Of a stretch of 64,000 nt of DNA, positions 18,401 through 25,822 are shown piece by piece; the stretch's first letter is position 1; each line of letters opens with the position of its first letter. The stretch lies in contig JBGSPW010000025.1 in NCBI GenBank assembly GCA_041738395.1, positions 4,100-68,099 on the forward strand. The letters are read 5' to 3'. Position numbers and translations under genes: made by a program. The stretch comes from Thermoflexales bacterium (lineage in GTDB: Bacteria > Chloroflexota > Anaerolineae > Fen-1058). The notes under the pieces are model-generated. The model was given only the letters and a program-made list of their open reading frames with translations, did not search any database and was not told the origin of the DNA.

Positions 18401-19863
18401 TAAAGGAGTTCATTGGGAAATATCCACGCGTGACAATTCACTCTGATTGGGTAACCCCACCCGAACAATTCTTCGCAAATGATGGCGATCGCGCTGAAGC
18501 ACTCGACATGCAAGATATGATCTTGGTGAAGGAGTTCAATGCTGTATACGTGTGCGACAACGAGGCGAACTTCGCAGCGTTTGCCCGCTTAGTAGAGAGC
18601 CCAAGCGTTGGCAGTTGGGATATTTTGGAAGTACTAATTCGTGACGAGCTGCTAACTGTCGAGGAACAAGCCAAGGCCGCGCGTTATATGGCAGAGAATC
18701 GCTTAGTGCGGATTTCCCCTGAATATTTCCTCTCTCATGAGGATGAACTGGTACTGAGCTGGCATAGTCTGACCTCCTTATTCGAATGCGAGCCAAGTTT
18801 GCTGCGTGTGATTGCTGCACATTTTCGCCGAGTACACATCAGTCCAAGCACATGGGCCTTATTAGACAAAGACGCATTGCGCAGCGAAGTCATTGAACTG
18901 GCCATACCGGCACTAACTGAAATTGAAAACGCCCTGAAAACTAACGAGAAGTATGAAATTGTCTCTTCCGAAGAATTTGCCGAGAGGAACCTTGATTCCG
19001 AAGCGCAATTCAATCTCGCAAATCAAGTTCTCGACGCTATTGGCGTAGCTAAAGAGAAAGGCGTACCGCTTTGGACAGACGACTTGGTAGCTCGACGATT
19101 GGCTGCTAACGACAGTGCGGGACCAGCAACTATCTGTTCACGCGCAGTCCTCGACAAGACCCAGATTGAGCAAATATTAACGCCGCAGGCTTACTGTGAA
19201 AAAGTCTTTTTCTTGCTTTCAAATCAATACGAGTTTACTAGTATCAACTCTCTATTAGTGTATTGGCTGCTCGAACAGCATGGATTTCAAGACAATTCGG
19301 AAATCCAGCTCGTCTTGACAAAGTTAAACGAAACGGCAAAGCAAATCGTAGCTAATACATCAGCGGGTGATAGTCTCAAAGAATTTGGGCTCCATTTGAA
19401 CGAAGGCCTACATTCTTATTGGTCGGTTTTATCTACGGCGATTGCTTTGCTCTGGCTGATACCCACAGAAGTAAAGCCCAACATACGCAATCAATGGGCT
19501 AAAATCCTACTAGAGCAAAGTATGGAAGTGCAAAGTATTTTCCCATCAATGGATATCGTGATGATGCTAATCATTACTTCATATATGGACATTGTCTCGC
19601 GTCACAATCTTGATGCAGCACGTAAATATTACTCATTTGCTTGGACCTATTGCTGGCTTCGTGGTCTAGAGGAAGAATTCTATGACGGCCTGCTTACGAT
19701 GGTCCGTGCGTTTGAACAAGTAGATGTACCTGATGATTATCGAAGATCGTTTATTGCAGAGTTGCTACATTCGGTGAAAGGAAGGATTGCACCTGCGAAG
19801 ATCGCGCGATATATTATCCAGACCCACCCAGACTGGCTAACTACATCACCCAAAGATTCCTAA
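15472..19863 (+). CDS. 1463-aa TPR-repeat protein with unknown N-terminal domain and possible PIN-like C-terminal region
   Basis: Multiple TPR-like repeats (LGAVYLVQGDIETAESYLRRS etc.). C-terminal half has VVVDYTALL, YVCDNEA and PLWTDDLVARRLA, reminiscent of PIN acidic motifs. The stop TAA lies 1 nt before the drmMI ATG. Confidence 0.6.
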   Translation: MTTLFDAVIPNLVAEALIRAGDHLFGSAIRKALGRSEEIRLKASIGRALHELASDYAQLERAEGPAYILDSRFFEDKAARTELLKVYRPDFISRDVLVARYIELYGYEDLDKFQRNLSDFLRNLHEINWELLPPGDQFQTSFLTREIRQLSERVDSLISNNQTAQPASPTPSAETAKPSDIYTFSRKREVPDAIQDALTTLTLAVQESWAQPVPLYRELVEEETQREIEKARSFLKQGDIKRGHRILSHIEQSRSKVLDDLPAAIRFDLFRLLGAVYLVQGDIETAESYLRRSEVVSPDDSRLNTNWAQLHLLKREFLEAERLGIEAERSGTNRAQSIEVVIQAMLAQKKAEAALAWLGDIDVAEDLEHIYVCWGQVYFALGDLDGAQEYLDKSLELKRNYAPADAFMGDVKLAKLYERIRNFAVLEQADDLLDQELLQSIVAHYTSAIKSYEHAGLLVQTEVIHVNLANALNLLRRPKEALVHIKKGLRNSPPVPEPWLIAARVARDSGQIELAEHWCTEAAKRAPDIPEPYFQLAEIRLSQSNTQGALSALNQAEAMCKSDRHKTELALFRADVYSQCGDSAGIRQALDSVPEAARDSSDVMLAEAGWSRRAGDTDGAQTILLKAAEKFPENVSVAASAGRFLLYDKQNPKDAVPFLQKWVKSAPSKVSYFHLAQSFFGLGHYQEALRVINEARLAKCADDYLRRIEGGALLGRKRYREAVQVLETVPIDKRDFSSWCNLGAAWRLLGDRDRAIDAYENASRINEKQPELFLTLAELYLQLEDNENAYHYAQAALKLGEDDPDIHMGFFHTVFAAQREREALQVLMEIPKRFPEYTGLYAAGLDEVRRVFSEGQIRSQQALSEYLAGRLPFTILSLLLNLATVELWFGFRHDGLKQLYASGTLEEQRSERSLLSSSEVVVDYTALLTSHALNLLEVLPSIFDKIYIPSTVSWAIMSDRARLIHTQRERLKRLKELKEFIGKYPRVTIHSDWVTPPEQFFANDGDRAEALDMQDMILVKEFNAVYVCDNEANFAAFARLVESPSVGSWDILEVLIRDELLTVEEQAKAARYMAENRLVRISPEYFLSHEDELVLSWHSLTSLFECEPSLLRVIAAHFRRVHISPSTWALLDKDALRSEVIELAIPALTEIENALKTNEKYEIVSSEEFAERNLDSEAQFNLANQVLDAIGVAKEKGVPLWTDDLVARRLAANDSAGPATICSRAVLDKTQIEQILTPQAYCEKVFFLLSNQYEFTSINSLLVYWLLEQHGFQDNSEIQLVLTKLNETAKQIVANTSAGDSLKEFGLHLNEGLHSYWSVLSTAIALLWLIPTEVKPNIRNQWAKILLEQSMEVQSIFPSMDIVMMLIITSYMDIVSRHNLDAARKYYSFAWTYCWLRGLEEEFYDGLLTMVRAFEQVDVPDDYRRSFIAELLHSVKGRIAPAKIARYIIQTHPDWLTTSPKDS

Positions 19864-19864
19864 T

Positions 19865-22800
19865 ATGCCCACCCACCATCGATCCACCTTCACCACCATC
19901 CGTACCGAGGGGGCGATATTGCCCGCCGATCTTCTTCAGCGCATCGCCGAGGGGGATGCGACGCTGGGCGGGTTAACGCCGGAGGCGTATCACCTGGCGG
20001 CGGGCGAGAAGATTAACGAAGCTATCAACCGCGCGTGGAATCGTTGTCTGGGCGCGTGGGCGACGTTCCAATCGGCGGCGGCAAAGTTGCCGGAGAATGA
20101 TCTGGGTACGTCGATCACGCGCGAGCGCTGGCTGCTGCCACTGTTTCAGGAGTTGGGTTATGGCCGCCTCGTGCCTGCCAAGGCGATCGAGATTGCTGAA
20201 GGGGCGGGGTCACCCCGCCCGTACCCGATTTCGCACGGCTGGCAGAACACGCCGATCCATCTGGTGGGGCTGCAGGTCGATCTGGATCGGCGGACGCCGG
20301 GCGTGGCCGGGGCGTCGCGCAGCAGTCCGCATAGTCTGGTGCAGGAACTGCTGAATCGATCGAGCGAGCACCAATGGGGGATCGTGTCGAACGGGCTGCG
20401 GCTGCGCGTGCTGCGCGATAACGCGCGGTTGACGCGGCAGGCTTACGTGGAGTTCGATCTGCAGGCGATGATGGACGGGGAGGTGTACGCGGATTTCGCG
20501 CTGTTGTGGTTGGTGGGGCATCAATCGAGAGTGGAAGTTGGCCCCCCCTCTGTCCCCCCCGTCTTCGACAGGGGGGAGGAACGAGGACGCATCGACAGGC
20601 GAGAAGAATGCTGGCTTGAAAAGTGGATGAAGGCGGCGCAGGATCAGGGGACGCGGGCGCTCGATCAACTGCGCGGCGGTGTGGAGGCGGCGATTACGGC
20701 GCTGGGGACAGGCTTTATCGCGCCGACGAGCAATCGGGCGTTGAGGGAGAAGTTGCAATCGGGGTCATTGAGCGCGCAGGAGTTTTATCGGCAGTTGCAG
20801 CGCATGGTGTATCGATTGATCTTTTTGTTCACGGCCGAGGAGCGTGGCTTGCTGCTCGATCCCAAGGCCGCTGCGAGCGCGCAGGATCGCTATACGCGGT
20901 ATTACTCGATCGGGCGGCTGCGACGCCTGGCGGAACGCCGCAGCGGGACGCGACATGTCGATCTGTATCACGGCCTGCGGCTGGTGATGGATCATCTGGG
21001 CGGCGATGGGTGTCCTGAATTGGCGCTGCCGGCGCTGGGCAGTGATTTGTTCAACAACGAGTTCATCCGCGATCTGGAGGGTTGCGAGATCGCCAATCGG
21101 GCGGTGTTGGACGCGATCCGCGCGCTGGCTTTTATCCAGAGCAAGGGCGTGCGGCGGTTGATCGATTACAAGAACCTCGGCTCGCAGGAATGGGGCAGCG
21201 TGTATACGTCGCTGCTGGAACTGCATCCGATGTTGAATTTGGGCGCGGGCACGTTCGAGTTGCAGTCGGCGGCGGGCAATGAACGCAAGACGACGGGCTC
21301 GTATTACACCGAACCGGGGCTGGTGAATGAATTGGTCGAGAGCGCGCTGGAGCCGGTGATCGCCGATCGGTTGAGCCGCGCCCGTACGCGCGAAGAAAAA
21401 GAACGCGCGCTGTTGTCGATCAGGGTGCTCGATTCCGCGAGCGGCAGCGGTCACATGCTGCTGGCGGCCGGGCATCGACTGGCGCGCCATCTGGCGATCA
21501 TCCGATCGGGCGACGAGGAACCGTCGCCGGAAGCAATGCGTAAAGCGCTGCGGGATGTGATCGGCCACTGCCTGTACGGCGTGGACAGCAATCCGATGGC
21601 GGTGGAGTTGTGCAAGGTGAACCTGTGGATGGAGGCGCTGGAGCCGGGCAAGCCGCTGTCGTTTCTCGATCATCACATCAAGTGCGGCAACAGTTTGATC
21701 GGCGCGACGCCGGCGCTGCTGGCCGGGGGCATCCCCGATGAGGCCTTCACGCCGATCGCGGGCGACGACAAGGCGGTGTGCAGCGCGTTCAAGAAGAAGA
21801 ACAAGCAGGAACGCTCGGGCCAGCGCAGTCTGTTCGACGCGGCGCTGCAACCGTGGGAGCGCGTGGGCGACATCGCGGCGAGCCTGCTGCAGGTGGACGA
21901 ACTGGCCGACGATACGATCGAGGGCGTGCGCCGTAAGCAGGCGCGGTATGCGGAGGTGGTGCGATCGAGCGGCTACGAATACGGCCGCCTGTGGGCCGAT
22001 AGTTGGTGCGCGGCTTTTGTGTGGAAGAAGACGAAAGAGTTTCCATACCCGATTACGGAGGAGGTGTTCCGCCGCATCGAGCACAACCCGTTCGACCTCG
22101 CGCCGTGGATGCGGGAAGAGATCGAGCGACTGGCGGGGCAGTATCAGTTCTTTCATTGGCATTTGGAGTTTCCAGAAATATTTGGCCCCCTTCCCGGCCT
22201 TTCCCCGTCGGAAAAAGCGCCGACAGGGGAAGGAGCAGGCGGGTTTGATGTGTTGTTGAGCAATCCGCCGTGGGAAAAAATCAAACTTCAAGAAGAAGAG
22301 TTCTTCGCGGCGCGTGATCCGCGGATTGCGACTGCACCGAATACGGCCGCACGCCAGAGACTGATCGCTGTGTTATCAAAGACAAATCCTGCACTAGCGC
22401 TTGAACTATCCGAAGCGAAACGTGCTACCGAAGGCGTAAGCAAGTTCGTTCGATTAAGCGAGCGCTACCCATTGACAGGCATTGGCGATGTAAATACATA
22501 TGCGCTGTTTGCAGAGCTTGATCGCAGTTTGATTGCATCGAATGGCCGCACTGGCATCATCTTGCCAACAGGCATTGTCACGGATGACACTACCAAAGAT
22601 TTCTTTGGTGACGTGATGGCGAATCAAGCCTTGGTAAAGTTGATTGGCTTTGAAAACGAGTCATTCATCTTTCCAAATGTTCATCATTCATTTAAGTTCT
22701 GTGCTGTCACAATAACCGGTCAACAATCAAGGCTCGAACGTGCAGACTTCGTTTTCTTTTGCCGTCACTTCGAGAATGTCAAACAAGCGGAGCGACATTT

Positions 22801-23899
22801 TGAATTGTCGCGTGAAGACCTTGTTCTGCTGAATCCCAATACTCGCACATGCCCAATTTTTCGGACTCGCGTCGACTCTGAATTGACCAAGAAGATATAT
22901 CGTCGTGTGCCGGTATTGGTGAATGACCATTCAGATGCTAATCCTTGGAGCCTAACACTCCTGCGATTATTCGACATGTCGAACGACAGTGGTTTATTCG
23001 CTTCAGAGTCACAAAATGGCTATGTTCCGCTTTATGAAGCAAAGCTTATTCACCAGTTTGATCACCGATATGCTACCTATGAAGGTGCGCTGCAGGCGAA
23101 TTTGAACTCGGGCATACTGCCACAGGCATCCTACAAGCAGAAGCAAGATGCCAATTTCTCAGCCTTGCCTCGATACTGGGTACCAATTAATGAAGTTGAA
23201 ACGAGACTAAAGACGTGGCGGCATTCTTGGTTGCTAGGATTTCGTCGAATAACAAGCAGCGTGGTTGAACACACCATGATAGCCTGCCTGTTTCCGAGAG
23301 TGGGAGCAAGCGATGTCTTGCCAGTGTGTCTTTCTGATGGCGTGGAGATTACACTGCTATCTTGCTTGCTGGCAAACTTTAACTCAGTCTGTTTCGACTA
23401 TGTGGCACGCCAAAAAGTTGGTGGCACCCATATGGATTTCCATTACCTAAAGCAACTCCCTGCCCTGCCGCCGTCGGCCTACACGGCGGCGGACATCGAC
23501 TACATCGCGCCGCGGGTGCTGGAGTTGGTCTACACCGCGTGGGATTTGAAGCCGTTCGCGGAGGACATGGGCTATCACGGCGAACCGTTCAAGTGGGATA
23601 CGGATCGCCGCGCGCAATTGCGGGCGGAACTCGACGCGTATTATGCGCGGCTGTACGGGTTAAGTCGGGATGAACTGCGGTACGTGCTCGATCCACAGGA
23701 GGTGTATGGTTCGGACTTTCCGGGGGAGACGTTCCGCGTGCTGAAGGAGAAGGAGATGAAAGCGTACGGGGAGTTTCGGACGAGGAGACTCGTGCTGGAG
23801 AAGTGGGATGTAGGTGAACACCTTCAATTGGTTTTATTAGCAACGGATGGCAAAGATAGTAAAGGCATGACTGAAGATTCGCCATTGCGTTCAATTTAG
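19865..23899 (+). CDS. drmMI: large Eco57I/type IIG-like N6-adenine DNA methyltransferase, DISARM DrmMI-like
   Basis: Motif I VLDSASGSGHML, YGVDSNPMAVELCKVNLW, motif IV LLSNPPWEKIK. 1344 aa. Lies next to helicase/DUF1998 and SNF2 genes. Confidence 0.7.
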   Translation: MPTHHRSTFTTIRTEGAILPADLLQRIAEGDATLGGLTPEAYHLAAGEKINEAINRAWNRCLGAWATFQSAAAKLPENDLGTSITRERWLLPLFQELGYGRLVPAKAIEIAEGAGSPRPYPISHGWQNTPIHLVGLQVDLDRRTPGVAGASRSSPHSLVQELLNRSSEHQWGIVSNGLRLRVLRDNARLTRQAYVEFDLQAMMDGEVYADFALLWLVGHQSRVEVGPPSVPPVFDRGEERGRIDRREECWLEKWMKAAQDQGTRALDQLRGGVEAAITALGTGFIAPTSNRALREKLQSGSLSAQEFYRQLQRMVYRLIFLFTAEERGLLLDPKAAASAQDRYTRYYSIGRLRRLAERRSGTRHVDLYHGLRLVMDHLGGDGCPELALPALGSDLFNNEFIRDLEGCEIANRAVLDAIRALAFIQSKGVRRLIDYKNLGSQEWGSVYTSLLELHPMLNLGAGTFELQSAAGNERKTTGSYYTEPGLVNELVESALEPVIADRLSRARTREEKERALLSIRVLDSASGSGHMLLAAGHRLARHLAIIRSGDEEPSPEAMRKALRDVIGHCLYGVDSNPMAVELCKVNLWMEALEPGKPLSFLDHHIKCGNSLIGATPALLAGGIPDEAFTPIAGDDKAVCSAFKKKNKQERSGQRSLFDAALQPWERVGDIAASLLQVDELADDTIEGVRRKQARYAEVVRSSGYEYGRLWADSWCAAFVWKKTKEFPYPITEEVFRRIEHNPFDLAPWMREEIERLAGQYQFFHWHLEFPEIFGPLPGLSPSEKAPTGEGAGGFDVLLSNPPWEKIKLQEEEFFAARDPRIATAPNTAARQRLIAVLSKTNPALALELSEAKRATEGVSKFVRLSERYPLTGIGDVNTYALFAELDRSLIASNGRTGIILPTGIVTDDTTKDFFGDVMANQALVKLIGFENESFIFPNVHHSFKFCAVTITGQQSRLERADFVFFCRHFENVKQAERHFELSREDLVLLNPNTRTCPIFRTRVDSELTKKIYRRVPVLVNDHSDANPWSLTLLRLFDMSNDSGLFASESQNGYVPLYEAKLIHQFDHRYATYEGALQANLNSGILPQASYKQKQDANFSALPRYWVPINEVETRLKTWRHSWLLGFRRITSSVVEHTMIACLFPRVGASDVLPVCLSDGVEITLLSCLLANFNSVCFDYVARQKVGGTHMDFHYLKQLPALPPSAYTAADIDYIAPRVLELVYTAWDLKPFAEDMGYHGEPFKWDTDRRAQLRAELDAYYARLYGLSRDELRYVLDPQEVYGSDFPGETFRVLKEKEMKAYGEFRTRRLVLEKWDVGEHLQLVLLATDGKDSKGMTEDSPLRSI

Positions 23900-23961
23900 T
23901 ATAGTGGCACTTACGTTTGAGCGCACTTTTCACTGCGGGGAGAACAATTAGGAGCATTAAC

Positions 23962-25518
23962 ATGTTTTCTGCACTGCGCAATCTGTATCGTAGTCGCAAA
24001 CGATGTCTAAAACTGCTGATAGTTTTGGCTTCCATATTTGCTTTCCTTCAACCTCACGTCATCAACGCACAGATTCTTCCAATCCTGCTGACACAAATGA
24101 ATCAGGCAATTCAAGAATGGCCGCAACCTGGTCGGACCGGGCAAAGACTAGCGGCTACTTCTGAACTAATTTTGCCGCCACTTACGCCGCGCTGGACCGT
24201 CACTTTTCCTAGTGGTGGATTGACAGATTATGGGCCAATCACTATCGCAGTCCACGACAAGATCTTTGTCGTTCTTCGTAGTGGTGATTCGACTCGGAGC
24301 CTGGTAGCGCTAGATGCTGAAACAGGTAGTGAGGTATGGTCAAAAGGGTTCGTCGACAATCGAAGTTTTGACTATGTGGGCTACGACGAAACCACGGATC
24401 GACTGTATGCCTCAACTGCGACCGATGTCTTTGTGTTTAATCCGGAGACCGGCAATATCCTTAACCAGTATCCGGTCCCGGTATGGTGTGGTTGGACACG
24501 CTTTGCGATTGTGGACGGCAATCTGTACTTAGTTGCCTGTGCTCGACTCTCGCGCATCGATGAAAACGGCAATGTACTCTGGACTAATACAGATCCCTAT
24601 TTCCCAAATGGCGGCTTCGGTACGCCAACCGTATATGACGGCATAGTCTACGTAGGCTCGAATAGTTGGACGATTCAAGCGATTGATGCCAATACCGGGC
24701 AGATGATCTGGCAAGCGCCTACGAATGGCGGACCTTATACTGCGCCAATCGCCGCTGATGGTCTAATTATGGTTGGTTGCCAAGGACAAGGATCAGGTAG
24801 TCAGACTGTACTTGCATGGGATGCACATACCGGGCAGCCCAAATGGGGAGTAGTCACTGGATATGGTGGAACGATAGATACACCTATGAGTTATTACGAT
24901 GGTGTGTTGTACTTTGGCTCCGCCGATCAAACAGTATATGCAATTGATACGCGGGCGCCGAGGATGCTGTGGGCGACTGAGACACCGAGCGATATTGCAA
25001 GCCCCGTCGTCTACATGGGAGGACTCGTATATGCAATATCGGGTGGGACCCTAAGGGCGTTTGATTCACAAACTGGCGAGGCCGTTTATGAGCAAAATGT
25101 AGATGGCTGGGGTAACCTCGTGCCATACAAAGGTATGCTGATCATGTCTCGTCGAGATTGGCTACAATCTCTTGACTCCCATCCTGGTATTCGACTGAAA
25201 GTTAATCCACCTTTTCAGATTGCAATACCAGGTGAACAGACGCGATTATATCTTGACCTTCAGTCAACCTACAATTTCACGGAGACTTTGCAAATCTCGA
25301 GCAGCAACACCCCGGATGGTATCTCAATTGACATTGCACCGCTAGCAGGCGTTGGCTCTCAGAGGATAACGACAACGGTGACACTTTCACCTACGATCTC
25401 TACCTCTGGTTTCATTAGCCTAACTTTTACAGCTAGTTCGACTTCAACATTGCAGATGACAACGGCTGTGCTCTTCGTTGCAAAGTCTCGTATCTTCCTG
25501 CCATGGATCACGAAGTAA
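23962..25518 (+). CDS. secreted/lipid-anchored PQQ-like (BamB-type) beta-propeller repeat protein
   Basis: N-terminal hydrophobic signal CLKLLIVLASIFAFLQP. Repeated DG.(V/L)Y(V/F)GS...(Y/L)A(I/W)D..TG...W blades. AGGAG SD precedes the ATG at 23962. Low-GC segment. Confidence 0.65.
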   Translation: MFSALRNLYRSRKRCLKLLIVLASIFAFLQPHVINAQILPILLTQMNQAIQEWPQPGRTGQRLAATSELILPPLTPRWTVTFPSGGLTDYGPITIAVHDKIFVVLRSGDSTRSLVALDAETGSEVWSKGFVDNRSFDYVGYDETTDRLYASTATDVFVFNPETGNILNQYPVPVWCGWTRFAIVDGNLYLVACARLSRIDENGNVLWTNTDPYFPNGGFGTPTVYDGIVYVGSNSWTIQAIDANTGQMIWQAPTNGGPYTAPIAADGLIMVGCQGQGSGSQTVLAWDAHTGQPKWGVVTGYGGTIDTPMSYYDGVLYFGSADQTVYAIDTRAPRMLWATETPSDIASPVVYMGGLVYAISGGTLRAFDSQTGEAVYEQNVDGWGNLVPYKGMLIMSRRDWLQSLDSHPGIRLKVNPPFQIAIPGEQTRLYLDLQSTYNFTETLQISSSNTPDGISIDIAPLAGVGSQRITTTVTLSPTISTSGFISLTFTASSTSTLQMTTAVLFVAKSRIFLPWITK

Positions 25519-25584
25519 TGGAACTTTGCCCAGATTTGATCCCGGTAACGCCGTGGCAGGCCGTCCACGAGATGTTGACCCACG

Positions 25585-25736
25585 ACGTGCTCGATCCGCA
25601 GGAGGTGTATGGCTCGGACTTTCCGGGGGAGACGTTCCGCGTGCTGACGAAGTCCCCATCTTTTGGGGGAAGGAGAAGGAGTTGAAGGCGTACGGGGAGT
25701 TTCGGACGAGGAGATTGGTGTTGGAGAAGTGGGATG
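25585..25736 (+). pseudogene. orphan copy 2 of the drmMI 3' end, interrupted by a 22-nt hairpin insert
   Basis: Matches 23686..23810 (VLDPQEVYGSDFPGETFRVL / KE(M/L)KAYGEFRTRRLVLEKWD) with extra cgaagtccccatcttttggggg at 25648..25669. Confidence 0.85.
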
Positions 25737-25822
25737 AGATGGACGGATGAAGGATGAGGGATGAAGGATGAAGCGGATGGCGGGACGACTTGTAGCACAG
25801 CAGCGAGATAAGTGAGGCAGAG

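Noticed and set aside
8876-19948. Attaching biological meaning to the exact 11,000-bp spacing of the 73-bp repeats
   Set aside because: No mechanism predicts a round decimal spacing, so I treat it as coincidence. It is kept only as a prompt to verify the assembly.
20765-22291. Long antisense ORFs within large genes (508 aa opposite drmMI; also 165..989, 6764..7567, 13011..13895, 39407..40063, 42627..43730, 53194..54075)
   Set aside because: They have the Arg/Ala/Gly-rich composition typical of spurious ORFs on the opposite strand of GC-rich coding sequence. They have no motifs and overlap well-supported genes.
1-23899. Classifying the helicase/SNF2/methyltransferase set as BREX
   Set aside because: No PglZ phosphatase, BrxC/PglY ATPase or BrxL/Lon-like gene was seen. 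The DUF1998-type helicase plus SNF2 plus N6-adenine MTase combination fits DISARM class 1 better.
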